NCBI GenBank assembly: GCA_963741955.1
Contig: CAVUKB010000005.1
Coordinates: 32,001-96,000 of the forward strand
From: an uncultured Acidobacteriota bacterium
Lineage (GTDB): Bacteria; Acidobacteriota; Thermoanaerobaculia; Gp7-AA8
Direction of reading: 5' to 3'
Length of the DNA stretch: 64,000 nt
This document shows positions 48,868 to 59,112 of the stretch, in pieces. Within the stretch, counting starts at the first letter, position 1. Each line of letters begins with the position of its first letter. The notes under the pieces were generated by a model, which made no database searches, had not been told where the DNA came from, and worked only from the letters and a program-made list of their open reading frames with translations. The position numbers were made by a program, and so were the translations under genes.

Positions 48868-49370
48868 TCAATTCGATGCTTGCTTCAGCGCTTCGGTCCA
48901 GTTCGTGACCACGGTGAGGTCGCGATCATCCGGCGAGCCGCTCCTCTCCAGAAGAAGGAATCGCTGCCCATCCGGAGCGAGGTCTCCGCCGAGCACCTGA
49001 TACGCGTCGAAGAGCGGGTGGGTTGCACCGATCTGCATCTGCCGGTCGTCGTGTTGCAGCTCGACGGCGTCGACTCCGCGGCGAGCAGCCGGGATCAGGA
49101 TGATTTCCGTCGGCGAAGAACGCGATGAAGCGGCTGTCCGGCGACGAGAACGGGAAGACTGCACCCTCGGTCCCGGAGAGAACGTGAGCGTGAGGGGAGC
49201 CGAGCGGCCGGATCCAGAGGGCCAGCTGCCTGGCCAGCCCTTCCTTCGGTCCGGCGAAGGTCACGAGTTTTCCATCCGGCGAGATGGTCATCGATCCGAC
49301 GAACTGGTTACCGAGGATGAACGAAGAACCCTCGGGAGCGCGCCATCGCCGTACCGATGACCGAGGGCTC
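48868..49370 (-). pseudogene. Internally deleted PD40/TolB beta-propeller remnant (C-terminus of a kinase-propeller protein)
   Basis: 'ISPDGK..LWIRPL..LSGTEGAVFPFSSPDSRFIAFFADG', then a frameshift into 'APDGQRFL..LTVVTNW'. Confidence 0.75.
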
Positions 49371-49503
49371 AGCGGCTGCAGCTCCGAGATCGGTCGCGGA
49401 TCGCGCCCGAGGTGGCGATGATTTGCTCTCGCCGCGAGACTCAGCGGCTTCCGGTTCCAGCGATCTATAATCGGATAGTCACCACCAGAAAGAGGAGGTC
49501 CCG

Positions 49504-51279
49504 ATGCGACGGTTCGTGCTGTCTGCGGTTCTGATTCTCATTGCTTCGGCGATGTTCGCCGCGGAGACGGACGATCTCGTGGCGGCGCGGAGGATCTTCG
49601 ACGAGAATCTCGACGCGATCCGTCACCAGGACCGCGACGCATATCTCGCGACGTACCTTCACGATCCGCGCTTTGCGGTGACGACGTCTGCAGGACTGGA
49701 AAAGGGATTCGAGGGGTTCGCAAAACAGAAGTCGTCGTGGCCCGATGCGTTCGATGCGGAGCAGCTGGAGCTGACGCCGGTCGCGCCGGGCGTGGTGTAC
49801 GGAACGTATCGCTACCGCGTTCGCTATGGCGCGGACGAGCATCAGGGAATCTCGGAACGGCTGTTCGTCGAAACTCCGGGCGGATGGAAGATCGCGCTGA
49901 CCGGTGCGAACGACACGCCTCCGGGAGTACCACCTCCGCCGAGGGCGATCGTAGGCGGGACTCTCATCGACGGTCGTGGAGGGGCGCCGGTTCCGAACGC
50001 GAACGTCGTTCTGCGGAATGGAAAGATCGATTGTGCGGGGACGGCGGAGCAGTGTCCGGTGCCGGAAGGTATCGAGGTCACCGACGCGGCCGGGAGATGG
50101 ATCACGCCGGGACTGATCGACGCGCACGTGCACTTCTCGCAGAGCGGGTGGGCCGACGGCCGGCCCGATTCGCTCGACGTCCGAGCGAAGTACCCGTACG
50201 CCGGAGTGGAGGCGGATCTCGCGGCGCACCCGGAGCGGTTCGGGAGGAGCTATGTCTGCTCCGGCGTGACCTCCGTGTTCGACGTGGGCGGATATCCGTG
50301 GACGCTGCGTCTGCACGATCGGTTCGAGAATGACACCCTCGCCCCTCACGTCGTCGCGGCGGGCCCGCTCCTCTCCACGATCGACCACTGGCTCAATCTT
50401 CCGGCTGAACGGCAGTTCGTCTTCCTCACTTCGGAAGAGGCCGCACGCAACGGCGTGGACTACCTGAAGGCGCGCGGATCGAAGGCGATCAAGGTGTGGT
50501 ACATCGTGACGCCCGAAGCCACGGTGGAGAGAAGCGCTCCGTACGTTCGCGCCGCAGGGGAGGAAGCGAGAAAGGCCGGCCTTCCACTGATCGTCCACGC
50601 CACGGGCCTCGCCGAAGCCAAGGAAGCGCTCAGAGATGGCGCGAAGGTGCTGGTGCACAGTGTGAGCGACCAGCCGGTGGATCAGGACTTTCTCGACCTG
50701 GCGAAGAAGAACGGGACGATTCTGATTCCGACGCTGACGGTGATGGACGGATATCTGCGGATGTACGAGAGTCTGCTCGACCGCAAGCCGCCGGTCGTGG
50801 ACGACCCGAACCACTGTATCGACGCGGCGACGCTGGCGAAGGTCGCGTCGACGGCGACACTCGATCCGTCGCTGATGAAAGGGAACCTCGGTGCTCGCGT
50901 GCAGCGGACGGAGAAGCTGGATCGTACAGCCGCAGAGAACCTGGCGACGCTGGTGAGGGCGGGAATCCCGATCGCCACCGGGACGGACGCCGGGAATCCG
51001 CTCACTCTTCACGGCCCTGCAATCTATGCCGAGATGGATGCGATGCAATCTGCAGGGATGACCCCCATGCAGGTGATCGTCTCGTCGACGGAGATCGGGA
51101 GTCGCGCGACGGGCCTGGAGAACGAGACCGGCACGATCGAGAAGGGGAAGGACGCCGATCTTCTGATTCTCGGTGCGGACCCGTCGAAGAACGTCTCCAA
51201 TTTCCGGCGGATCGTCGACGTGGTGCGTGGTGGCGAGCTTCGAAGCATCAGAGATCTGAGCGCGATCGCCTCGGAGTGA
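49504..51279 (+). CDS. Secreted amidohydrolase with N-terminal NTF2-like domain
   Basis: Signal peptide; 'PGLIDAHVH', 'HAT', 'GTDAG', 'GTIEKGKDADL'. Confidence 0.9.
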   Translation: MRRFVLSAVLILIASAMFAAETDDLVAARRIFDENLDAIRHQDRDAYLATYLHDPRFAVTTSAGLEKGFEGFAKQKSSWPDAFDAEQLELTPVAPGVVYGTYRYRVRYGADEHQGISERLFVETPGGWKIALTGANDTPPGVPPPPRAIVGGTLIDGRGGAPVPNANVVLRNGKIDCAGTAEQCPVPEGIEVTDAAGRWITPGLIDAHVHFSQSGWADGRPDSLDVRAKYPYAGVEADLAAHPERFGRSYVCSGVTSVFDVGGYPWTLRLHDRFENDTLAPHVVAAGPLLSTIDHWLNLPAERQFVFLTSEEAARNGVDYLKARGSKAIKVWYIVTPEATVERSAPYVRAAGEEARKAGLPLIVHATGLAEAKEALRDGAKVLVHSVSDQPVDQDFLDLAKKNGTILIPTLTVMDGYLRMYESLLDRKPPVVDDPNHCIDAATLAKVASTATLDPSLMKGNLGARVQRTEKLDRTAAENLATLVRAGIPIATGTDAGNPLTLHGPAIYAEMDAMQSAGMTPMQVIVSSTEIGSRATGLENETGTIEKGKDADLLILGADPSKNVSNFRRIVDVVRGGELRSIRDLSAIASE

Positions 51280-51428
51280 CGTTCGCGTGATGGGGCCGAT
51301 GAAGGCGAAAGGGGCCACGTCAACAGATTGTCGAAGCGTCCTGCCGGCCGCGCCGTTGATCTCACTGCCGGCAGTCCGTGCTAGAATACTCGGGTCCGCT
51401 TCCGCCCAATTTGCGATCTGGAGAAACA

Positions 51429-51554
51429 ATGGAGAACGTCCTCATCATTGCAGGCGCTGTCGTCGCCGTTATCGGATCGATCATGGTCCTTCTCGCGGCG
51501 TTGTCCTCCTGTTTCCGGGAGCCGAGTCGTCTCTGGTCGGATAGTGGTCCGTAA
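51429..51554 (+). CDS. 41 aa single-TM ORF or gene remnant
   Basis: GGAGA RBS; MENVLIIAGAVVAVIGSIMVLLAALSSCFREPSRLWSDSGP; below the ORF-track length cutoff. Confidence 0.35.
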   Translation: MENVLIIAGAVVAVIGSIMVLLAALSSCFREPSRLWSDSGP

Positions 51555-51580
51555 CCTTTCCGACCTCTCGCCGGTTACTC
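51551..51580 (+). promoter_or_regulatory. Putative ECF autoregulatory promoter GTAACC-N16-GGTTACTC
   Basis: AAC-type -35 and GTT-type -10 directly upstream of the sigma gene. Confidence 0.45.
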
Positions 51581-51589
51581 TTATGGAGC

Positions 51590-52126
51590 ATGATGAAACA
51601 GGCGGGTGAGGACGAGAGACTGCGGATCGAGGCGGCTCAGCGCGACCGGCGTCAGTTCGCGGCACTGTACGAGGAACACTTCGAGCGCGTCTATGCGTTC
51701 GTCCTGCGCCGCGTGCGGAACCGTGATGCAGCGCAGGATCTCACGGCCGACACGTTCCGGCAGGCGCTGGCGAACCTCGAGCGGTTCGAGTGGCGCGGCG
51801 TTCCGTTCGTCGCCTGGCTGTACCGCATTGCTGCGAACGCGATCTCGGATCACTTCACGCATGCGAATCGCGAAGTGCCGGCTGGCGACGCGGCGGAAAG
51901 CGAGGCTCCCGACGAGATCGAGAATGTCGAACGGCGGGCGACGCTCTTCGCGCTGGTGCGGCAACTTCCGCCAGATCAACGGCGGGTGATCGAAATGCGC
52001 TTCGGCGAGGAGAGGAGTATCCGCGAGATCGCGGCCGCGATGGGACGCACCGACGGTGCGATCAAGCAGTTGCAATGGCGCGGTATGGAAGCACTGCGCC
52101 GGAAGATGGAACGAAGCGATGCCTGA
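51590..52126 (+). CDS. ECF sigma-70 factor
   Basis: 'AQDLTADTF', 'AWLYRIAAN', region 4 'LPPDQRRVI..IREIAAAMGRT'. Confidence 0.92.
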   Translation: MMKQAGEDERLRIEAAQRDRRQFAALYEEHFERVYAFVLRRVRNRDAAQDLTADTFRQALANLERFEWRGVPFVAWLYRIAANAISDHFTHANREVPAGDAAESEAPDEIENVERRATLFALVRQLPPDQRRVIEMRFGEERSIREIAAAMGRTDGAIKQLQWRGMEALRRKMERSDA

Positions 52127-53081
52127 GCGAAACGGAATCGAACGGCTGGACGAAGCGATCGACGCGATCCTCGGCGGACGCGGCGGTCGTCCGGACCTCG
52201 TCTCACCGGAGACCGCTACGCTGCTGGTCGTCGCGACCGATCTGCGGGGTCTGCCGGATCCCGCCTTCAGGGAGGCACTGATGTCGGAGCTCGTACCCGA
52301 AGTGAGAAGAGAGAAGATTCAGGAAGTCAGTCCCGAGAGCCATACCATGGTGCCGTATTTCATCGTCGACGATCCAGCGGGGTTCATCGAATTCCTGCGC
52401 GACGCGTTCGGCGCCGTGGAGCGGTTCCGTTCTCCGCGTCCGGACGGCTCGATTCAGCACGCGGAGGTCGCGGTCGGCGATTCACGAATCGAGATGGGAG
52501 GGGCAAACGAGGAGTTTCCTCCCCTCAGGCTGCCCATTCATCTGTACGTCGACGACGCGGACGCAGCGTACACGCGAGCCATCGACGCGGGAGCGAAGTC
52601 CCTCATGGCGCCGGCCGACCAGTTCTACGGCGACCGTGAGGCCGCCGTGGAGGACCGCTGGGGAAACCAGTGGTACGTGGCGACGCGTCGGGAAGGAAAC
52701 GCGAAACCGGAGGGCTTCCGAAGCGTGACGCCGGGTTTCCGGACTCACGGTGCGGCGAAGGCGATGGAGTTCCTGACCCGGGCTTTCGGCGCCGAGCCGT
52801 TCGGCGAGATCGCCAGGCTCGAGGACGGGTCGGTGATGCATGCGGTGATGCGGATCGGAGACTCTCTCCTCGAGCTCGGAGATCCGCACGAACCGTGGGG
52901 TCCGATGCAGACCATGATCCATCTGTACGTTCCGGACGCCGATACGGCATATGCGCGCGCGATCGAAGCGGGGGCGGAATCGCTCGCACCCCCTGCCGAC
53001 CAGCCGTACGGGGAACGGAGCGGAGGGGTCATGGATCCATTCGGTAACACATGGTGGATCGGAACAGTGATCGCGAAGTAG
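52119..53081 (+). CDS. Double VOC/PhnB-like glyoxalase with N-terminal helical extension
   Basis: Two VOC repeats ('HLYVDDADAAY..YGDR..DRWGNQW' and 'HLYVPDADTAY..YGER..DPFGNTW'); overlaps the sigma stop. Confidence 0.88.
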   Translation: MPERNGIERLDEAIDAILGGRGGRPDLVSPETATLLVVATDLRGLPDPAFREALMSELVPEVRREKIQEVSPESHTMVPYFIVDDPAGFIEFLRDAFGAVERFRSPRPDGSIQHAEVAVGDSRIEMGGANEEFPPLRLPIHLYVDDADAAYTRAIDAGAKSLMAPADQFYGDREAAVEDRWGNQWYVATRREGNAKPEGFRSVTPGFRTHGAAKAMEFLTRAFGAEPFGEIARLEDGSVMHAVMRIGDSLLELGDPHEPWGPMQTMIHLYVPDADTAYARAIEAGAESLAPPADQPYGERSGGVMDPFGNTWWIGTVIAK

Positions 53082-53223
53082 CGGGCTCGCGTATCGTCGG
53101 CTATCTCGTGTCGGACGGGACGGCCAACCCGCAAGTCAAGGTGTATCGCTCGGCACATTCAACCGAGCATCGCGCTCGATCGGCTAAGATCCACTCAGCA
53201 GAGAGGAGGAGGAAAGAGACGTC

Positions 53224-53925
53224 ATGGACGACCTGGTAAACGCCTACCGCGAGAAGACCCCTTCCATGCCGCAGAAGGCGATCCTTCTCCTGATGCACGC
53301 GGTCATCGTCAGCGTCGCGGCCTGGCTCCTCTTCGGGGGAGGGAACACTCGACTCTCCACCGCGATCGGACTCCGTCCGGCGGATGCGATCGTTCTGCGA
53401 CGTTCGCTCCTCCTCGCTGCGGCCGTGATCTATGCGCTACGGGTTCAGGTCACCACGTTCGTCTTCATCAAGCGGTCGATGGCGTGGAGTGAAGCGTTCA
53501 CCATCGGCGTCTGGATCCTCGTGATCAACGTCGCCATGGCGTTCCTCGGTGGAAGAAACGCAGCTCCCTTCGGAGGAGTCGGAATCTCCGGGGTCGTGCT
53601 CTACCTCACCGGCTCGCTCTTCAACACGGGGTCAGAGCTCCACCGGCATCTCTGGAAATTGAATCCGCAGAATGAGGGACGGCTCTTCACGAAGGGTTTG
53701 TTCCGCCTCACGCGACACCCCAACTATTTCGGTGATCTCCTTCTCTTCACCGGATGGGCCATGGTTGCCGGAAACCTCTGGCTCCTGATCATTCCGCTGC
53801 TCATGTTCTGCGGTTTCGCCTTCCTCAATGCCCCGGCGCTCGACCGTTACCTCGCCGAACATTACGGGGAGCAGTACGATTCGTGGGCGCAGCGAACGCC
53901 ACGTTTGGTCCCCTTCCTCTGGTGA
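53224..53925 (+). CDS. DUF1295/steroid 5-alpha-reductase-like membrane protein
   Basis: 'GLFRLTRHPNYFGD'; multiple TM helices. Confidence 0.85.
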   Translation: MDDLVNAYREKTPSMPQKAILLLMHAVIVSVAAWLLFGGGNTRLSTAIGLRPADAIVLRRSLLLAAAVIYALRVQVTTFVFIKRSMAWSEAFTIGVWILVINVAMAFLGGRNAAPFGGVGISGVVLYLTGSLFNTGSELHRHLWKLNPQNEGRLFTKGLFRLTRHPNYFGDLLLFTGWAMVAGNLWLLIIPLLMFCGFAFLNAPALDRYLAEHYGEQYDSWAQRTPRLVPFLW

Positions 53926-53999
53926 TCGGGCGCGGACCGCGCAGACTCCTGGGGTTTTCTTTTCGGCATCGCCTGTGTCTCATTCCGCAGGAGGAAGCC

Positions 54000-54773
54000 A
54001 TGAGGCTCACGACGATTCGAACCCTTACCCTGACAGCCACCATCGCTGCCACGTTTCTGCTCGGAGTCCCTCTGCGTGCCGCCGACGACTCGGGATTCAA
54101 TCTGGACGTCCTCGTCGACGGATCGGCGAGGCCCGAGTATGCGCACCGCGGCACCGTCTATGTCGAGGCACTTCGCGGACGGAACTACGCGCTTCGTCTG
54201 TCGAATCCAACGCCGTACCGGGTCGCAGTCGCCCTCTCGGTCGACGGATTGAACACGATCGATGCGAAGCACACCGATCCATTCCGCGCTTCGAAATGGG
54301 TGATCGATCCGTACGGGTCGATCGAGATCGAGGGATGGCAGATGAACGAGGAGACCGCCCGCCGCTTCTATTTCACATCGGAGCGCGATTCGTACGGTGC
54401 GAAGCTGGGTGAGACGGCCAATCTGGGAGTGATCGAAGCGGTGTTCTATCGCGAGAAACCCCGGCTTCCGGAGTTCGTTCTCAAACAGAATCACGAGCAG
54501 TCGGAACGAGGTGCACCATCGACGTCGGCAGCCTCGCCGGCCGAGGGCCAGTCTCTCGCCCGCGACTACGCGGCAACCGGTATCGGCGAACGGACGCGGC
54601 ACGACGTCGAGATGATCCATATGCGACTCGAACGAACGCCGGTCGCCTCGGTGCGAATCCGTTACGAGTTTCGGAGAGAACTGGCGCGGCTCGGCGTCCT
54701 GTCGGAGCGCGAGTCACGCCTCGAGCGGCGCGAACACGCCCACGGATTCCGGGAGTTCTGTCCCGAGCCGTAA
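54000..54773 (+). CDS. Secreted hypothetical protein
   Basis: RBS GGAGGA; signal peptide; 'SVDGLNTID', 'IEGWQ', 'NLGVIEAVF'. Confidence 0.8.
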   Translation: MRLTTIRTLTLTATIAATFLLGVPLRAADDSGFNLDVLVDGSARPEYAHRGTVYVEALRGRNYALRLSNPTPYRVAVALSVDGLNTIDAKHTDPFRASKWVIDPYGSIEIEGWQMNEETARRFYFTSERDSYGAKLGETANLGVIEAVFYREKPRLPEFVLKQNHEQSERGAPSTSAASPAEGQSLARDYAATGIGERTRHDVEMIHMRLERTPVASVRIRYEFRRELARLGVLSERESRLERREHAHGFREFCPEP

Positions 54774-54839
54774 GAGTCTTCGCGGCAGACCCGACTGCAA
54801 CGACGATCGCGAATGTCGGTGTGGAAGAAGGCGCTCCCC

Positions 54840-54943
54840 GCGAGGCGAGTGTCCTTCGCCCGATAGACCTCACCCATCCCACCGGCTCCGATGGGCGCAA
54901 CGATCTCGTACGGGCCGAGCCGCGTTCCGGGAGTGACCGTCAC
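54840..54943 (-). pseudogene. N-terminal remnant of a Hanks-type Ser/Thr kinase
   Basis: '[34 protein letters not shown]', then homology stops before the VAIK lysine. Confidence 0.85.
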
Positions 54944-55200
54944 GATGAACCTCTATGATACTCCGAGACGGGATAACGTACGTTGTTGGCGGCTCGGGGC
55001 CACACCGACGCGATCGCCGACCTCTATTCGGGGAGCAGCGGCGGTGGCGGAAAGCCGTGCCACGGGAAGAAGTGTCCCCGACCGTACCGATCATCTTCCG
55101 AAGCCTCGATTCGGATGAGGCTGCGTGCCCCGGCAGGCGATCATCGCTGCCGGGGCCATTCTCGCTTTCTGAATCCGTCGAAGTTCCCTATGCTTGACCG

Positions 55201-56001
55201 ATGAAACTTCGCGCGTTCACCCCCATCCTTGCGCTCCTCCTCCTCGTCGCCACCGGCTGCAGCAGCTGGGAGAACATCGCGCCGGGAGTCGGCTATCGCA
55301 GGATCTCTCTGCGGAGCGGACCTGTCTACGTGACCCGCGTCGATCTCGACCGGGCCCGACTCATCGCCTCCTCGTCGTCCGAGCGGAACACGACCGTGAC
55401 TTCGTATGCGCAACGGCAGGACGCGCTTGCCGCAATCAACGGCGACTACTTCGACGAAGGGAAGACGTACGAACCGACCGGAATCGCCGGAGACGCTTGC
55501 GGGAAGTGGTCGGACCCGACCGTGAAGCGGAACGAGCCTGTCGTGGCGATGGGGAGGAGGAGGGTCGAGATCATCGATCCCGCCAACCTTCTGCAGACCT
55601 GGCCCTCGTGGATCGACGGAGCAGTTGCGGGGTGGCCGCTGCTCGTGCGCGACTGTCGCCCCCTCAGTTCCTCCGAACTCCCCGGGAGCGACAGTTTCAC
55701 TCGATCGGACCATCCGCGAACGGCCGTTGGCCTCTCACGAGACGGTCGGACAGTCTATCTGGTGGTGGTCGATGGCCGCAGCGAGAATGCCGGCGGAATG
55801 ACACTGTCGCGACTGGGAGAATTTCTAGCGGACCGCCTCCACGTCTGCACCGGCCTGAACCTCGACGGCGGAGGTTCGAGCGAGATGGTCGTGGAAGGGA
55901 AGATCGTCAACGTTCCGAGCGACGGTCACGAGCGGCCGGTCGGAAACTTCGTCGGGGTCGTTCCGGCCGCCCGCCAGCCGGAGTGCGCTGCGACGAAATG
56001 A
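55201..56001 (+). CDS. Phosphodiester glycosidase (NAGPA-like) lipoprotein
   Basis: 'ATGC' lipobox, 'AINGDYF', 'HPRTAVG', 'VDGR', 'NLDGGGSS'. Confidence 0.88.
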   Translation: MKLRAFTPILALLLLVATGCSSWENIAPGVGYRRISLRSGPVYVTRVDLDRARLIASSSSERNTTVTSYAQRQDALAAINGDYFDEGKTYEPTGIAGDACGKWSDPTVKRNEPVVAMGRRRVEIIDPANLLQTWPSWIDGAVAGWPLLVRDCRPLSSSELPGSDSFTRSDHPRTAVGLSRDGRTVYLVVVDGRSENAGGMTLSRLGEFLADRLHVCTGLNLDGGGSSEMVVEGKIVNVPSDGHERPVGNFVGVVPAARQPECAATK

Positions 56002-56023
56002 ACGACGTACGGATCGCAGAGGG

Positions 56024-56620
56024 TCATCTTCCGGCGTCATCGACTCTTCGACGAAGCTCTTCGACGATCCGTTTCTGGAGAGACGCGCGGTCGAGCTCGT
56101 CGATCCGCCGGCGCGGCTCGACGTCGTAGGCCTCCGCCACATTCCTGAGCTGCCACTCCGCGAGCGCGGTGAGCTCCTGGCGGAGTATTTCCTCTCCCTG
56201 CGTCTCCAGGATGTGATACGCCTCGAGGACGGAGTTTTCCGGATCGAGAGGACCAAGCGGTGCCGGATCCACCGACCGCGGCGTGGGGCGAGGAGCTGGA
56301 CGGGTCGACGATGGTTCGGAAGGGGAAGTGGATTGTCCGCTGCGGGCGAATTGGGGCGCGGCGAGTGCCCGCTGCAGGGAACCTTCCAGGAAGAGAGGCT
56401 CCAGCCCGGTCGCCCAATAGACGAGATGCTCTCGATTCGGCTGAGTCGTCTCTCGAGGGGATCGTATGCTCGCGCTGCCGTCAGTCCGTTCGAATTCGAT
56501 CCACCCCTCCCACAGATTCGCCTGGAGAGGCCGTCCTCGGGCCCGTGCCTTCCACATCTTCCCGTCAGGGGATTCGACGCGGGATTCGAATTCCAGGAGA
56601 ACCTCGTCGGGAGTATCCAT
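56024..56620 (-). CDS. Hypothetical protein
   Basis: 'WEGWIEF..RETTQPNR..YWATGL..LEGSLQRA', Pro-rich linker, helical C-terminal domain; start uncertain. Confidence 0.7.
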   Translation of the reverse strand: MDTPDEVLLEFESRVESPDGKMWKARARGRPLQANLWEGWIEFERTDGSASIRSPRETTQPNREHLVYWATGLEPLFLEGSLQRALAAPQFARSGQSTSPSEPSSTRPAPRPTPRSVDPAPLGPLDPENSVLEAYHILETQGEEILRQELTALAEWQLRNVAEAYDVEPRRRIDELDRASLQKRIVEELRRRVDDAGR

Positions 56621-56729
56621 CGAAGGTCGAATCGGCACGGTGCGTGTTCCTTTGCTTGCGTAGAAGCCACCGAGCCCACGGTCACCAGAGGCGACCGTGG
56701 GCCCGATCAGACCGAATGTTCCGTCAGCG

Positions 56730-57497
56730 TCAAGCTGCTGCGGCCGTCCTGCTACCGCCAGAAAGTGACTGCTTGAGCTGATCCGCAGTCGGGGGCGCGG
56801 TCACCTGACCCTGCAGGATCTGCTGGGTGTTGGTGTTCTGCGCGCCGTAGTACGAATTGTTGCGGTTGTCGTCGAAGTTGATGTCGGTGGCACCCACCTG
56901 CGCGCCGGCGAACGCGCCGGAGGTACTCGACCACATGATGACGTCACCCTTCCCGAGGTCGCCCTGGGCCTTGGCCGAATAGTTCACGATGGTGAAGCCC
57001 GCGTCCGCGTTGAGCGAGAATGTGTTCTCACCCTTGAACGCGTTCACGGCCTTGTCGGTCATCAGGAGCATGGCGATCTCGCCACCTTCCCCTCCGGCCT
57101 GCGCACCGATACTGATCCCGCCCATATCGAAGAACACCGGGTTGCTCCACTGACCGTTCTGGTTGGCCAGCATGACCCCGGTGCCGCCCTGGCCACCGAC
57201 CACGAGAGCGCCCTTGCCATAATGCGGAACGATGTAGACGCCCTTGGCCTTCTTCAGCAGGCTGACCAGATTCTGGTCGGCGCTCATCTGCTGAGCCACG
57301 CCCTGTGCGTCGTTCACCAGTTGCACGGCATCGTTGGCCGCTTCGGTATCGGTGGTCGCGGTCGTCGCCGTCGGTGCGGTTTCGGTCGCGGTATCCATCG
57401 CGGTGTTGTTCGCCTCGTCGTTTTCTCCGTTGTTTGCGCAGGCACCGATGGCGAGAACCATCAGACCGGCGAGCAGCAGATACAGAACTTTCTTCAT
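56730..57497 (-). CDS. SYLF/Ysc84 lipid-binding-domain lipoprotein
   Basis: Lipobox 'IGAC'; 'GGQGGTGV', 'WSNPVF', 'SIGAQAG', 'GAFAG'. Confidence 0.88.
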   Translation of the reverse strand: MKKVLYLLLAGLMVLAIGACANNGENDEANNTAMDTATETAPTATTATTDTEAANDAVQLVNDAQGVAQQMSADQNLVSLLKKAKGVYIVPHYGKGALVVGGQGGTGVMLANQNGQWSNPVFFDMGGISIGAQAGGEGGEIAMLLMTDKAVNAFKGENTFSLNADAGFTIVNYSAKAQGDLGKGDVIMWSSTSGAFAGAQVGATDINFDDNRNNSYYGAQNTNTQQILQGQVTAPPTADQLKQSLSGGSRTAAAA

Positions 57498-57685
57498 CTC
57501 AACTGACCTCCTCAACGTTTGGAGCACTTCGGACCGACTACGTACGTCGAGCTCCAAAGGGCTGCGGCGGTATGGGGAGCAGGCTACGTGCCAGTCCTTG
57601 ATTTCCGGCTGCTCATTCTCGAGCCCGCCCGCCGGTAGAATCCGGCGTGAAACCGGACGGCAAGCTCGGGTTACCATTCCGCGGG

Positions 57686-58924
57686 ATGACGCCGCAGGAT
57701 TCTTCGCCCCGCTCGCTCCGAGGATATGTCGATCTGCTGCGCTCCAGCAGGGACTTCCGCCTCCTCTTCACGGCATCGGTCATCAGTCTCGCCGGTGACT
57801 GGTTTCTCACCGTCGCGCTGCTCGATCTGGTTCTCGCGATGTCGGGCTCTGCCACGCTCGCGTCACTGATGACGGTCTGTCAGACCCTTCCCGTTTTTTT
57901 CATGGCTCCGTTCGCGGGACATCTGATCGACCGGCTCGATCGGAAGAAACTGATGATCGGTGTCGATCTCAGCCGTGTCGGAGCCGCGTTGCTGCCGCTG
58001 CTGGCCCGGACGCCCGCGATGCTCTGGCTTGCATTCGCCGGGGTGATCATGATCTCCGTCGGTGCTTCGATCTTCAATCCCGCGTCGAACGCGGCTCTGC
58101 CGAACATGGTGACCGCGGAGGAGCTTCCGCGGGCGAACGTTCTCTTCGGCTCGACGTGGGGGACGATGCTGGCAGTCGGTGCAGCGCTCGGCGGCCTGGC
58201 GACGATGAAACTGGGCCGCGACGCGTCATTCGTGATCGATGCGGTGACGTTCCTCGCATCGGCGTTTCTGATCTCGCGAATCCGCGCTCCCTTTTCGGAG
58301 GTCCGCGAGCGGAGTCACGAGATGCCAGGTCTGCGCGAAGCAATCCGCCAGACGTGGGTCTACGCAAAAGAGAACCCTCGCGTGATGGCACTGCTGACGT
58401 CGAAAGGCGGATACGGCATCGGTGCAGGTGTGGTGGCGATGCTCAGCGTCTTCGGGCGTCAGGTCTTCCATGCCGCAGCCGGAGGGATCGGTGTGCTCTA
58501 CGCAGCGCGCGGGATCGGGGCGCTCATCGGCCCGTTCATCGTCCGCGGGGTCTCGCGCACACCCGACCAGGAATACCGCCTCATCTCGATTGCCATTTTC
58601 GTGTTCGGCATCGGCTATGTCGGTCTCGCGTTCTCTCCCTCCCTCTGGATCGGTGCCGCGGCGGTGGTTCTGGCGCACCTCGGCGGGGGAGCCCAGTGGA
58701 TGACCTCGACGTACGGGCTTCAGCGAGAGGTCCCGGACTGGGTTCGAGGTCGCGTGTTCGCGACCGACTACGGCCTGGTCACGCTGACCATGAGCATCTC
58801 GAGCCTCGTGGCCGGAGTGGGCGCCGACCGCATCGGGCCGGTCATCGCAACTGCCGGAGTCGCATCACTCTGTGTTCTCTGGGCCGTGGTCTGGGGAATC
58901 GGGACGCGGCGGTTGTGGAGATGA
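57686..58924 (+). CDS. MFS transporter
   Basis: Motif A 'AGHLIDRLDRK'; about 12 TM; 'RGRVFA'. Confidence 0.9.
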   Translation: MTPQDSSPRSLRGYVDLLRSSRDFRLLFTASVISLAGDWFLTVALLDLVLAMSGSATLASLMTVCQTLPVFFMAPFAGHLIDRLDRKKLMIGVDLSRVGAALLPLLARTPAMLWLAFAGVIMISVGASIFNPASNAALPNMVTAEELPRANVLFGSTWGTMLAVGAALGGLATMKLGRDASFVIDAVTFLASAFLISRIRAPFSEVRERSHEMPGLREAIRQTWVYAKENPRVMALLTSKGGYGIGAGVVAMLSVFGRQVFHAAAGGIGVLYAARGIGALIGPFIVRGVSRTPDQEYRLISIAIFVFGIGYVGLAFSPSLWIGAAAVVLAHLGGGAQWMTSTYGLQREVPDWVRGRVFATDYGLVTLTMSISSLVAGVGADRIGPVIATAGVASLCVLWAVVWGIGTRRLWR

Positions 58925-59112
58925 GCATGGTTCCGTGATGCGGGAATCGTGAATCATCCGTCGAGTTCCTGACACGCGCCAAGTACATCTACCGGGCACG
59001 CGCAGCCAACGGAGCCCGTCGGCTTCAGCTCTCGGATTCCGGGCTCGGGTTTCCGGGCCCCGCCCGGATGTTCTTGGTAAAGCGGGCGCTCTTCGGTACC
59101 ATTCGCCGCGTC

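Noticed and set aside
49465-51429. 654 aa antisense ORF, and similar long shadow ORFs at 24455-25990, 31157-32509 and 33773-35449
   Set aside because: They mirror well-supported genes; typical of high-GC codon bias
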